Source: Trichoplax sp. H2 | Taxonomy: Eukaryota | Direction: 5' to 3' | Assembly (NCBI GenBank): GCA_003344405.1 | Contig: NOWV01000205.1 | Span: forward strand, 1 to 64,000 | DNA length: 64,000 nt | Shown: in pieces, positions 1-15,038 of the stretch | Layout of the letters: each line of letters begins with the position of its first letter | Numbering within the stretch: position 1 is the stretch's first letter | Translations under genes and position numbers: made by a program | Notes under the pieces: generated by a model | Told to the model about the DNA's origin: nothing | The model's database searches: none | The model's input: only the letters and a program-made list of their open reading frames with translations

Positions 1-380
1 TCTCCTCGTCCACATGGCATCATAGTTAGCCTTTATATACTTTCTAAGATATTTACTATTTACATTAATCTCACGTAGGAGATCTCACAACCATAACCTC
101 CTATCCAGTAATAATCTTACAACACGACTACAAATCGTGTCAGCATAAACAACTCTCTAACACAAAGGTTGCACATCATCAAGATTTATAGTTATCTAGT
201 CTATCATCCTATTCGAATACATACAAAATAACTAAGGACAGTTGATCATCAAAACACCTTACTAACAAACATCATAACACATCAATTTCCATCAATAACA
301 AACACCATAACACTTCAATTTCTATCTATAACAAACACCATAACACTTCTAACTCATCACGGCAAAAAGGTACCGTGACA
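1..380 (-). mobile_element. LTR copy truncated by the window edge; same family as the solo LTR at 50597-51216
   Basis: 1-380 aligns ungapped to 50837-51216 with about 8 substitutions by eye and ends in the same ...GGTACCGTGACA terminus. The following flank differs (ACCAG vs AGCAC). Confidence 0.85.
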
Positions 381-3300
381 ACCAGATATAATGTCCGTGT
401 ATCATCCTCGTACTGATCTTTCGTTTAGCCGAGAAGTTACTTTGGTTATATGGTAAGTTAAACATACCATATTTGTATCTAACTGCTTTAATCTAGCTAT
501 TTGGTGAAATTACCTCGTCCATGATATTTTCCTTTACACAATTTTTCATGACAGTTCAATTTAGATCATTGCGGCATTTCTTTTACACATTCTCTGCTCA
601 ATTCTAAGCTGATCTAATGAATTTTCAATCTATATAAACTTCTCATTAGTCGAATATCGAAGAAACATTGTGACATCATCATAAATGATCATTTAAAAAG
701 AAATAGTAAAAAGAAAAGAGTTGATTGAATAACCCTAATTTAGATTTTTCAAAGATATGATATATACTATATAAATAAAATACACTGATCTCCAATTATA
801 TACTTGCTGCTAGTGTTTTAAAAGAAAATCGTTTGAAATCTATCATCTAGAGAAATTAGATAGTATGATTTTAAATTAAAATAGCGAGTACAGCATTCAT
901 TATTGAATTGATTAATGAATTGTAATGCTCAGATTATTTCTTTAATGAAAGTAATTATCAAATAGTTACAATCGACTTACATGGTCCTTGAGTGTTTGAA
1001 AAGGCTAAAGTCTAATGATGTGATAGGCAAAAATGATAGATATATGTATCAAAAGCACCGTATATAATATAGTAGCTTCATAATTTGGCTTTTATGCTTA
1101 GTGAAGAATAATCAGCGTTGGTATTGACGATGATGAAATATAAATTCTTTAAAATCAAGGCTTTAAAAAAGATTTAGCATTTCTTACTGTAGATATCGAG
1201 CAAAGATGTGAATAAAGCAAAATTTTAAAATTGTATTAGAGTATCATTATAATATAAAGCTTTTCATAAGCGATATTTGTTGAATAATCAGAAAATTCTG
1301 CCGTAATCGATTCTTAAAACCTGACTGATAAATGAAATCTAAAGTTCTTTTCTTGGGTGTTCGGAATTAATTACTATCGAGTGTTTCTTTAGAATTTAAT
1401 TCAATACTACAATATAGATATCCAGTGCTACTAAATCTATGTTAAGATAAACTTGATCTAGTACCGATAGAAGACAGAGTATAGCAACCGAAACGAATTT
1501 ATCAGAAGGTGTAACAGCCATAGCGATACCAAAATTAGGATAGAACTATAACTTCATCTTCTAATACTAAACAGTTATTCGCTATGCAAGCTAACAATAT
1601 CTTTCTAGGATAATAATTAGATATTGTGTTGTTTAAAGTCCACTATTAAGAATATATATAAAAATTACTAAATAAATCGCTCACCTTTTTAAAAATATTC
1701 CATTTACAGTCAGCACAGATTATGACCCTTAAAATAATTTTTGCCCTCTCAAAACTAGAACAGTAGTTGTACTATTTTCGTGTGACAAAAAATTGCATAA
1801 ATTGAGATAGCTAACTCGTATCTGACTTTTTTATTCACTGTTAAAAATGACATCAATCAAATAATATTAATTCGGTATTATATGTGTCACGATGTTACAT
1901 GTCGTGCAATTTCTATCGGTTTTGCTATTACAATACTACCGAAATTGAAATTTTGAATAATTCTATGATCAATGTATATCTAGTTTAATTATACTCGTTT
2001 AAATTAGCAGGCTGTCTAGAATAATATTTTGCCCTTCTATCATTGTAGGTGCTTTAATAAATATTTTCACATTTAATAGTAATATTCTGTGACATCCACT
2101 AGACTATATGCATACTAGTCTTCCATTATTTCACATAGCTTCCAATTTTCTGTGCATAAATTGTATTTAATACGTATATCATGTTTATTTACTGTAACAA
2201 TAATGGTCTAAGTCAAGTTGTATATATAACTATCTTTTGATGAAGTTTATAATACTAGTAAGCAATACACACTTTTTTATTTCATAATTATTAACGAAAA
2301 GGTAATACTGTTTAATTATTGTATGAAATCGTAAATAAGGTGTTAGCGGCTATTAAAATTTCCGGAAAATATGGGCTGACAATAGCTAAAAATAGCCTAT
2401 AAATTAATGTCATGTAGACACAAACAGAAGATATGATTATTCATACAATTTATGGAGTCAATACTTTATTAGTTTTACTCATAGTCTACTCTTTGCACAC
2501 TTTATGATCAATTCACCATACGGTAATACTACCCAATTTAATATCTATCTATTGGAATTCGTATTTGCAGTTGATATTAATGAACTTTTCGACGTAATTG
2601 TAAGAATATTTATGAAAATTCAAAATATTATAACATAAAAATTATTAGTTTGTATATAACCAAAATTGGTTATTGTATGCTGCCTTTGTATCTCTGAATA
2701 GTTACCCTGATCTATAATGTAGTTTAAGCTATATAGCAACATGATATAAATTTATATTTTGCTTTAAATTAGTTCTTAGAAAACTAGAATTTCTAAATTT
2801 TAAATTAAAAAATCGTAGTTTAATCGTCATAGAACACTCCTAGAACTGAATTATACTCACTTCCTGAAATGGTTGCAGATGTGAGTCTAATCCCGAATTT
2901 GGAAGGTTCTGTTAATATTAATTCCAAAAGTTGGCTTATACGTATATGCTTATGTTACAATTTAGCCTTTTTAAACGGGTCTAAAATACTATTATCTCTG
3001 ATACTCGTGTCCGTAACTGACTTAGGAGACTTATCGTAGTTAAATTAACTCTAAACTACACAGATAAGTTACCAACAGCTAATAGATTTAAGGACTTTAC
3101 TTTATTGAGATAAGTCTAAGTCAAAAAATCTACTAAAAAGTACGATAGGAAACTCTTGGCAATAATTATCGAGTAGATCTAGAAATGATTAAATGGAACT
3201 GAACAGCTAATTTAGTTCTCGGTTTTATATAGTTTCGCAAAATCTTATATATTACCCCACAAAATGAATTTTAAAATGAATTACTCTTATACGTTAACTG

Positions 3301-5034
3301 GTTAAGCACTAATCACTTGAAAAGAGACCTATTTTTCTAGGGGTAGTGGCTTAAGACCGAGCTCGCATACGATTACAATTAAGAGTGGTACTGCGATTGC
3401 TTTTAAAGTTGTTAAAGCTATAAATTATAGTCTATCCACTTGAGTGTACTTTTGGTAATGTTAAATGCTCCTTAGTGAGGACAATATTAGGCTTCTTTAC
3501 ATATCAGGATACAGTGCATAATATCATTTTATCTAAGAGGAGTCCTGCAGGAACTTGTATCGGCAGAAGAGCATATTTCATCTATTACGTTGAAATGTTT
3601 GTGAGATATTTGCTTTCTTATTGGAATTTGTAGTTTGGTGATCTTCTAATCACGTTTTATTAAAATAATTTGAAATTAAAGCTTAGAATTACTGCTTATA
3701 AGAGCTGGGTATACATTCTACGAGAGTTGCAACATTTGAAATGATCAGTTAGTTTTGTCATTAAATTTAAGGAATCTACATAGGTTTTGTATATTTCCAT
3801 ATTTGTAATTTAGTCATGCTGCTCGTGAATTAGTCGCTGATAGAATTGTTACACGCAGATTTCTAATTTAAGCATTAAAGGTGAGAAACTATTGCGTGCT
3901 AGAATAATTTATCATTATCAGATTTCTTATACTCCGAATCATTCATCTAATTAAATAGTATAACATGAGAATACATCTTACACGTTTATACGTCAACGCT
4001 AAGTATAACTCAAACTCGAGAATTACTATTACCGGTACTTCATATTGAGTAAATCTATGATTTGTTGCTATGACTTTGGTAATACGCATTTCAGTATAAG
4101 AAAGAATACCTTACTAGCACCGACTCAGCAATTTCCAGACATTTCCAGACCCCAACTGTGATTACATAAATGGAGGTGTGCTATTTATAAAATTATTTCC
4201 CAAAGCGACAATCTGAATTTAGGCAAATAACTGCATCTCAGTTTGTTAACCTAATTGATCGTGAACATAATCTTTTAGTTTCCTTGATTTGTGGTATTGT
4301 AAACGAATGATTATTAAAAGTATTCTTGTCTCTAGTTTAAGACATTATTTGTTGTACTTTTACGCAAGGATAATGAAATTTAATGAAACAGGAATGAAGA
4401 ATGAAGATTTACTTTATTTCATGAATATTTGAATGACGGTATACATAATTGATTTCAGAATGTACTGAAAATATAATAAAAACCTATGACAGTCAAGGAC
4501 TTAACTTAAATAAATCTGCGTTATACCCGTAAATAATTTAAATTAGTTAATCACTCTTACTGAAAAGACGTTTAAAACCTAATTTGTAATTGCCATTATT
4601 TTTAATGAAAATGTTTCGAAGATAAAGTAGTCTTGATGAAGCAGATTTCATCGTGACATTTGATCATACGACAATACGCGTATTTGACAAGATCACTATT
4701 CGGTCTAATAGCCATTTTGTAAGCTTTGCTCCATTTAGCAGATATCAATACCTTAGTTGAGGATAATGAGCATACAACAGGTTCTAGTTCTACAATTTCG
4801 TCCATTTTATGAGTATCTTATACATTTAGCTATTGATATTTGATTATAAATTAGCAATAAAATCGCAAGTTATGCCAATGGAAACAAAAATTAAGTTCAT
4901 AGTATAAAGATGCATATGTTGGTACTTCAATTATCTACGGGTTAAAAACATAATGTAGGAATTTAACTTGCTGTATAAGGTGATCTACTAAACACAAACA
5001 CTAACAGACTATATGTACTGTTGCTAGTCTCTAA

Positions 5035-8000
5035 CTAGGACTTTTGCTTATGTTCTTGTTTATCGTCTTCCAATTTTGCAGCACTTTTCCTTTTCAAGTA
5101 GCAAAATATAGAAAGTAGGCAAACAATAACTACAAATGCAACTCCTCCCGTGATTAATCCTGTTATCGTGCGAACTATTAAAATAAATAGATAGGATTAG
5201 GTCGTAAGGCAACATAAGGTTTAGAAATAGTACTATGAATATGATATATAATAAGGCTTTAATTTCTAGATCCAATAGTTATTAAAGACATCAAGTTTAA
5301 ATTTTAATTGGATAACTGGCCTGTACTTACAGTCAAAGCTGGGCGGTATTGGACAAATACCTTCTTTCCCTGGGATACATCTAAGGTAAAAATTAATGAT
5401 TATTATCCTTCGTTAATGCTTTTGTTTATAGTTAATGGCAATTTAAATTTTTAACCAAAAAATTTATGCTACGCAATCTTGAAAGATAAAGAAATATACG
5501 ATATTTATTGTGATTGGTTAACTAGTTTAACTAAACGTCTAGAAAATATACTATATGGAATTATTTAGGGCTAGTAAAAGATATATCGTTTGGCTGGCAA
5601 CGATAACATTAGACAACAGCCAAGATAACTGCTGTCTTGAACTATGCACTGTAAAAGAGTAGGTTATAGTGAGGCCCCGATATTAATAAAGAAGATGGCA
5701 ACGCTAGACCTGTGTAGACTAGTGTTACTAAGGATCATCTTATAGTGTTAAGATTATCGCGTACTGTTAGTGGATAATAAAAGAGATATTAACTGTAACC
5801 TTAAGTAAGACTACAGCGCGCCTAGGTAAGCGACAACAGCATGTCTTCGTAACTCATATATGATTGAATCAGAGTGAGGAATGGCAATCATACCTTGTTA
5901 CGAGTCTTAAACTTGCAGGAGCCAAACTAAATATTGAGTAGAATAAGTAAAACTATAGGTTGAAATAACTTGGATTTAACTTGAATTGACTAAGCTGGAT
6001 GATTTGACAAACATGTTTGTCAACATGCCTACAGAAAATATATAAAAGGATGACTCCCTTTAAGAGGAGTTCAATCGATAGCCTCTGAGCTAGTTGTTTG
6101 TAGTTACGTGATTTGAAGTTTTACGAACGTAATATCCACAGTAATTTTATGCTTTGAACTATTTATAACCAATACACTGTGATAATAACTACTGGGTGGC
6201 TAGTTAAAGTATGGCTAAAGGTAGCACATTTATTACAATCACCTTTGTGTTTATAAAGTGGATAAACTGCGTCTAAAATTATAAAGTTTGATAGAGTGAT
6301 CATACCGGCCATTAATCTTTAATTTGGCTATTTAATTAGTTAACGAAAGGTAATGTACTTGGATAGTTTATCAAAAATTAGCAGATATTTTAAATAAATT
6401 AACTAAGAGCATTTATAAATACTTTGTCCTTAATTAGATAGGGATGCAAATATTGCTACTAATAAAATTGTAGCTATGGCATAGCTCGTAGGATTTTGCA
6501 AATAAAAATCTTGTAAAAACTTTATATGATATGACAAATCAAGGATACACTTTATCTTTAATCAGCAATAGCAAAATTGTACTGAAATTTTAGAAATAAA
6601 TTTTAAATGTTTAGAGATCCTTAACATCAGGTATTTAATAGTTCCAGTTTCAACATACCTGCATATAGCCCGATCGTCATTAGTGACAACACAAACCGTT
6701 GTATTTGAGCAATTTGCATTACATTCTATCAAATAGAAAAAATTGAATAAAGCAAATATCCTATCATTAACATTTTATTACAAAATTGGAACTTTTTGCT
6801 TACCGCTATATTTTTAAACATTCATTCAACTAAAAACTGAAATGAATATTATTGATGAAATAAGCTATTTGATATATTCTCGCAGCCACCTTAAGACAAA
6901 AGTACTAAACTTACCAGTACAATTCTTATGATATGATATGCCGGTAGTTTCCTGATCACATCTACATCTAAAGTCACCATCAGTATTGATACAGATTTGG
7001 TGCTGTAGAGTGCACACTGATTGGGAGCTATTGCATTCGTTAATGTCTAAATAATTGTTAAGTGAAAAATTTTACATGTTGAACTAATGTAATGAAAATG
7101 ATATATAATTATTGGTATCGCAATGTTCAATTAAATTTTTAAATAATCAACTTATTTTAAGTCTCTCATAATTAATTGTCGAGAATCTGTATCAGCTTAT
7201 TAAATGAAATACAAACATTAATTATTTGTTACCAGTGGTAATAATTCATTTGTTAAATTATCATAACCTTAAAATTGTTAAAAATTAAGTTAAAGAAAAA
7301 TTAATCAAGTATAATAACTGCATCATAATAAAAGGAAACTGCTCTTGGAGCCATACTAAACTTACCTATAATCCTGTTTGTTTAGTGTAATTAAGAATGA
7401 TTTTGAAGAATTGATTCTTGTTGCAGTTTGCTACGCACACTCTACTCAATAATTACCGTACACTAATTTTTAATGGTAAGGTTACATTCGATACTTATAT
7501 GGCTCTTTAAATTAATTGCTTCAAAGTAATTTAATACTAGTATTACGTAAGATTGAACAAGGTACATTCGAGTAAATGTCCAATTTTTTCGGTTACTTCT
7601 TTGTTGAGTTCAACTTTACATTACCTTTCCAATATCAGTTTTAGGATAGTAAATTACAAATTTCATATACTAAAGAAAACCTTCATAGTAGCAGTAGTTA
7701 TTTAGCAATTTGAATTTTATTTCAGTTTATGTTAGCTATTTCACTTTTAGTTGTAAAAATTGATTCAAAAGCAATAGCTTGAATTTTGAATGTAACAATG
7801 TTAGCCTCCACTAAGGCATAAATATTTTGCGATAGAATCTAGTATTTTGATAATCATGTAGGAGTACTGTATTCTGAAGAGTAATTTAATAAATATCTTA
7901 AATGACTGTTACAGTGTTATATACTGTATTAGAGTAGAAATATCTATGTTAGGATAATTCTGTTAGCCTATCCTTATTTAGTTAACTTCTAATTTGGATA

Positions 8001-11000
8001 TACTGAGTTTTAATATAGCACTGACTTTTTATGACAGTGAAACATATACACATACTGAATTAATAGTTATAATAGGGAATGTAAATCGTCTACTTACAGT
8101 TCGAATTATTGTGATTGTAATTTACTTATGGTAGACTGTAAATTATCATGGAAATGTTCCATAATAGGACATATCGTAATCTGACTGTTCTGTATTAGTC
8201 ATTACATGTCTATTTTCGTAAATACTGTTGTCTGTATTAAGGGAGCAGTGGCTATAATTAATATCTAATTCAGTGAATGATTCCAAAGTTAATCGTACTA
8301 ACTATGACTCATGAGCTATTGAGGAATAGTATATAAATGCAGTATATCGTGAAATAAAGAGAATTCTCCAACTTAGTGTTTAACGTAAAATACGAGGCGT
8401 TTAAGTCTATGTGTAGTCTGCTATTAGAGCAAAAGTGTTTGTGATAGTGCAGATATCGTTCCTTGATAAGTGATTCAAGGAATTGACTTATTGATCGTAC
8501 ATTACGTTATCTTGTTGCAAAGCTGTTTTGTGACAATGACTCAGCTTAAAATTACTACTAAGCCAATAATTATTTATAATTATATATTAAAGCTCAAATA
8601 TTAGAAATATCTTCGTAGATGATAACCAAGTTATTAATCTAAGATTCTAAAACTGGTGGAAAGTGGTTATCGTGTCATGAAAAATTTTAAATTATTCTAG
8701 TGAAGATTCGTAAATTTCTTCCAATTTTATAAAATATATTAATTTATATTGCAAAAACTATAAATGACGACCACAATAATTTAATGTCCATACAAGATGT
8801 TTGTTAAATATCTAATAAGTTAAATTAAATTATCGAACACTTTTTCATAATGAAGAAAAATAGCTTTAGTTTGAGGAATCTAAAACAAACCTTCACATTT
8901 TATTCCATCACCGTAGTAGCCCTTTGCACATCGACATTGATAATATATTGTGTCATTCAAGATAGAACGTATACAGGTAGCACGGAGATCACAGTCTAAT
9001 CCTTCCTGATTGCATAGATTTTCATTTACGATAGTTGTACCTGGTATAAAATTTAATTAAGAGAATAAAGGATACTTCATTTTTAGCTAAACAAGCATAT
9101 GTTACGAATATAATATTTCTTAGAATAAGATTTCTTCTTGAATAATTAAGCTTAGCTATTTATATCATCGCCATTAACGTTATTTTGCGATAGTAATTTT
9201 TAATCTTAAAGATTTATAGAATTTATAATGGTCTTGATTTTATTACTCTATTCAATAAATTTTGGTAGATTAGGCAGATAGCTTTAGATTTCTGATTACA
9301 AGCCAGGAATAGCCCTAACCTGGAACAAGGATTGGGAGAGTATTTTCTATCCTTTACTACTGTTATTTGGAATACCAGACAATTGGTATTCCAAGGTAGA
9401 TAAGATTTAACACAGGAAGACCTTCAAGACTTACTAGAAAATCGTAATCTAATTTATTGTTAGCGGACCAGCCGTTTATATAGGTTTCGAACCTAACACT
9501 GGCTTAGCTACACAAGTCACCTCGTCTATTAGAAAGTAACCTAATTAATACCCTAAAGAGATTCTATCTGTAAAGATTAGATACAGTCTAATCTTATTAA
9601 ATTTACTGTAATAGTATTAAAATAATCAATGCTTATTAATAGTTTAACAGATACATATAAAGCTATCCTGCTAAGATATTTCCTCTAAACTTAGGAATTG
9701 TATTTTGTACCTTAACAACCTTGGAGTTGATAAATATAATCTAGTTTAGCTGGTTGGCAATTACTATTTTAGTCTATGTAATCCTAAATTAAGAATATCA
9801 GCTACTAACTACTAAAATTACAATAAAGGAAACCGTAAAAAATTTCTGAGATATAAACATATATCGAACGTAACATATAAAAAAAATATACTTCGCAAAG
9901 ATTACTTTCGTGATATTTGTGTACAGCCATATATTTTATGATGGCATTTTATGTATATGTAGTATAATATTTCGAGATTAAATACAACTTTAACACTAAT
10001 TTATTACAGTCAAATCCGTTAAAGATCTGCGTAATACAAATTAGCCTAAATGAAAATAGATAAAATCCACCAATTGTATTTTTACTTGATGATGACAAAC
10101 TGCTACGTAAGTAAATTAAATTACTCGATACTATTACTGAATTATAGATTAATTGAGTATAAGAAATTAGATTAAATTGATTTTCATCAATTTTCACTGG
10201 TAATTTTGTAATTTTGACAGATGAATACTATTGTATAACTTACTCGTTATTCCTTGACACATTCCGAAAAATATTTACAGGTCAGATTAGCTTAATTAAA
10301 TGGATGTAATCCTAAACCTGCGATCAATAAGGAGCACAATCGTTTCTTTGACTATCTTGTAGAGTAAACTAAACGAAATTTTTAATTGCTGAGATGTTTT
10401 TCAAGGTTTCATATTATTTAAGATAACTTGACATACAGTATTTAAGTGACTACCAGACATTGACAAAAGGATGGCAGGTCTAGGAAACGAAGGCAAGATC
10501 AGCCATAACAGTTTTTATGTTTCCATTTACAGTAAAAACTATGATATAATGCTTCATGGTATTTCAAATTTAACTTAATTTATGATTAATTTAATATTAT
10601 TAACCACATTTTGGTAGATCATTCATGATATGGTTTACAAACCCATATTTATTACAAATATAATATTATGTCTATATGTAAACCTATAGATAGCTATAGA
10701 ATAATTTTAAACTTCTACTTACGCCGTTCTTGAGGATAGGAGTGAAGGACATGCTAATAAATAAGAAATGGGAAAAATTAGACGTGGTAACGTTATTAAC
10801 ATATAGTGTAATAGCCACGAAATTTATTACCAAGTATTAGATTTAATTCTATTGGCACTAACTGACTTAGAGTGAAGATTATCGGTTAATTAATTAATTT
10901 AAATATATCGCGGGAGTATAAATACGGAAACAATACATTTCATTAGCTATAGAGTAGAAGATAGTTCAGTGCGCATAGATGGGACAAACGGTTGAAGAAA

Positions 11001-11423
11001 AATAGTTATAAATGATAGTGAAGTTCAACCTCAGAATTTAAATTAGAATGACTGTTTCTCTATGATCAATTAAACGCTAATTGCGGAATGGTGAATCTTA
11101 ATTTATTTCATATTACTATAACCAAAATCTTTCTATAATAAGGTATCCAATGTCTTTTACTTAACGAATATTAGCAGCATAAGTAAGTCGTTTAGACTTT
11201 TACTCAATTATGCGATTATTTTTTAGACTACGATAAGAAAATTTTTCAGTGAAACTGGAAAAAAACTGTCGTACGCTGCCGAAGCTTATCATTAAATAGT
11301 AGCAATCAGTTGCTTGATGATTAAAATAGTACAATAATTTGAAATTACCTGCTGAAATAGAAATAGTAAATAGAATGCCACGACTACCTTTGCGAAGATA
11401 GGAAACTTGCAATGATGTACCAT
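5035..11423 (-). CDS. Type I membrane protein with three EGF-like domains, paralog 1 (multi-exon)
   Basis: Phase-compatible GT-AG exons: 11423-11349 (MVHHCKFPIFAKVVVAFYLLFLFQQ, signal-like), 10753-10723 (HVLHSYPQER), 9040-8891 (EGF ...CNQEGLDCDLRATC...CRCAKGYYGDGIKCE), 7046-6915 (cbEGF DINECNSSQSVC...CINTDGDFRCRC), 6725-6659 (ECNANCSNTTVCVVTNDDRAICR), 5380-5331 (CIPGKEGICPIPPSFD), 5174-5035 (TM ITGLITGGVAFVVIVCLLSIFCYL plus tail ...EHKQKS*). Extra micro-exons are possible. Confidence 0.85.
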
Positions 11424-14400
11424 GATATTAAAATACTTGATAAACGGGGCTATGGATTAACAATTTCAAGCGAGATAAACCCTTTATAGTAAAATACTCT
11501 TTCGATCAATTTACCAATCACACGATAAAATATACCCTTATTATCTTTTGTTCCGTAGATTAGTGAAAACTATTCTGTAGGGCACCAGCTGACATTTATA
11601 ATTCGATTGTGATACTGCACTTAAATGTCAGTTCTTCATATACTAGGCAGTTTCTTTTGATGAGCTGCACATTACAATATTCAGTTCATCTGTCAATAAT
11701 TTACCAGAATAAGACATCATTTGGCCGCAGATTAGCATAATAGGGGTCATTAAGCGAGGGAAGCAAGTCATTTCATGGTCTTTATATATAATTTTTTATT
11801 AGGAAATGATAAACCATCGTTCTCATCACATAATACAAATGCAGGTATTATAATAACCGTAGGTAAAGAGTAAGCGACATGTATTTTCGCCGTTATTTTA
11901 TGGAGATTTTTACTAGCATAATGGAGAACTATAATTTAGAGTACTGTAAGACACTGTATCTCTATTAGAATTACTTTTAAAGCAGTAGAATTTTTATGGT
12001 AGATAGTTTAAAAAAGGCACTCAAAATTTCTTTACTAGACCGTAATTCCGGCTACGCTGAAATATAAGGAAACGCTATAAAATGCGCTTTAGACAGATCG
12101 TATCTTTGTATGTTTTCATGGTCTAATATATGCTGAGAATTCATAGTTTATTTAATTTAAATTAGGTCGAAATATCGCAGTTTTTATTAAAAATAGTTCA
12201 TATTTTTGCTTTTAACTAAGCTAGCCGCTATGCTTTATAATATGGTCTTCAAATCCGTAATTTTGCATATAAGTTTCAAGGCTATATCAAGAGTGGTATA
12301 GTTATCAATTGAGGCAAGCTATCATTGAACGATCGCCTGCATCCTTATTTTAAATGCTATATCAAGTGAATCTCTTTCCAATAAAATTCAAACTCACTCC
12401 TATTCTGACAAAAAACAGATAAAAATAATCTCCTGATAACCCTACTAAAGATCAAGCGCTGAATTGAGCATAATTGTTTGTATCTACGATATAAGCAATA
12501 AAAAGACGTTAAGTAAGGGTAGATAAGTTCCAAGACAAATATTGACAAACAAGGTAACATATTAAAAATATATTAATATAATACAATAGCTGAAATCTTA
12601 TATAATAATAAAAAATGTCATTTGACAAACACTGTATCCGAACTTTAATCTGTATTATTTTTCCACGTGATGTGGTCAAGTGCTATTGCACACTAGCGCT
12701 TTACATTTATTCTCGGTGAGATTTTACTACCATTATATCCAATTTTATGCTAATAGTCGCAATTAAAGCCTTTATTACATTAGCTTATAGCTGAATGGCT
12801 TGAAGTTGATTAAGATCTTGCCCAGCAATGTAATTGTTGCTATCAATGATCTTTTCGTTTAAACTTATGCTACCTTGGTAGATCGCCATTAGAGCATGTC
12901 ACAGTACGTAATTCCCAAAATGAATTGATTCTTTCGGAACCTTAATATAGCAAACTTAATTCCCGTTGTTATTTACTGAGAACAGTCAGCTAAGCCTTGA
13001 GATGAGCTAATCAGAACTTAAAAACTAATCTGATATAATACCAATAAGAAATATATAAAAATTTGTGATCTGATGGTCATTTTTTATTGCTTTTTATTTC
13101 TGTTATGTATTAATTATAATTATAATAATTTTTTATATTCTATTATTTTGCGTTCGTTCAGCGTTACCCTATCTTTTGCCTTTGTTTCATGGAATGAATA
13201 CCCATCACAATATTATTTAGTATTCATTATAAATATCTTAAAATATAATCTAATTGATTATTAATGAGGTAATTAAGTGATGGAGACCGTGATTAAGAAG
13301 CATAAAGATTACTTCAAAAGCTTCAAATCTCTACTATGTACCTAGTTTTCAGCTTTAAGAACCGTTATTGACCAACAGTCTTAAAAGCAAACAAATCAGT
13401 GTAATTATGCAATAGTTACTTTATCCAGCAAAATCGATATTTCCGAGTGCAGAAAATTTTAATTATGTTTCATAAACTGATTTATTGCTAGAAGTCTGAC
13501 GTAAGATATTTATTTAACAAAAAGCTTACTACAAAGCAAGACTGTTCATTAGCTTCCGCTTACTGTGAAGACTTATTTCCTGCATCTTTACCAGTCGCAA
13601 TAATATTTTGAAAAAATATTCGTAAATAATATTGATTCCTCTTAGATACTCTTGATAGTAGGCACAATAATCACGATGAAAATTAGCTATTAAGGTATTT
13701 GTTAATGATTTGCGAGCCTCGATAAGTTAGCCATATTAAGAATGAAGAACTTAATAGCTAAATGAGACTCTTTTCATAGTTACTGTACTCGTTTATTACA
13801 CAGCCGTGCATCTTGTTATTTATAGACCAGTCTGGGCATCGAAATCAATATCTTGCTCGAGAAATACCAAATTTTAGAGGTTATACTTGATTATGTAGTT
13901 ATCACTATATATTACTTTGCTATAGCAAGTTTAACTCAAGTCAAAAAAGGAGGAATATACAGTAGGCAACTGCTACAGGATCATATCGACTATCTATGCC
14001 TGCTCTATTTTATCACTTTATCTCCTTAAAAGTATCGAAAGCACGAGTTTTTACAGGATGAGTTAACCATAATGTCACTGTTATGATCTCAGTTAATTAC
14101 AGTAGCGCAGTATGTGACCAATAGTATAAAACGGCGCACATGTACTGCTTCTAGTATGAGATGAGGATTCTTCAGTCAAGATAGTATCTGATAGCCAAAT
14201 ATTCGTGTATCACATTAGAGAATTACTCAATTTTGTTAGCTAAAATTTGGGGATACGTAAGTAAACCTACAGTAATAGTGGGAGACTATTACATACTCGT
14301 TACAGCCTTGAATGCTGTATCCATCTTGTAAGCTGTCGTAATCTGTATGCTGTAATAATTTAACAGCTTCATAAAATCAAATCTTGCGTTTTAAACTATT

Positions 14401-15038
14401 TAATCTCAATATTTCATGAGATATATCATCAATAACTTGGTTCATATATGAACCAATATCCTTAATCGAAGTATTTATAATACTTTAAGTTGTTTTATCG
14501 TTTTATTTTCCATATGTTATCAGAGTCTTTCAATAAGACGAAATAACATTGAGGCTGTAGCTACAGATATAGCCTGATGGAAATGTGGAGTTACAACAAT
14601 TTTTACATCTTTGTGATTAATTACTAGTAAATATGCTTTATTCGTAGGTGACAATAATGTAAAGCAAATAAAATCTAGATGATCTAATCTAATAATTGAA
14701 ATTTGCGTATTATTTTGCAATTTAAAAATTTTATGATCAATAACTTGATATAAGTACTGAATCTTTATAATAATATATATGTTACTATATATATATATAA
14801 TAGAATTAGTAGCAACACATTCTTCATAATTCTCACTAATGTAAGAGAAAGATGCTTCATCTATATGAAACATAACAAATAGGAATTTCAGAACGAAGTA
14901 TCTTAATTATAATACCTAATTACAAATTGAACTTGCTCTGGGCTCTATGGTGGCGCCTGGATATAAGATATCCATGATATAAATTATGATTATTCATCTA
15001 GATAATTACTGTCATACGTGGTTATGATAAAAAAACAA

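Noticed and set aside
4602..14873. Short ORFs in the track (4602, 5060, 9949, 11200, 12357, 13073, 14520) as genes
   Set aside because: No recognisable motifs and composition typical of chance ORFs in AT-rich DNA. The 5060 and 11200 ORFs overlap real exons in the wrong frame.
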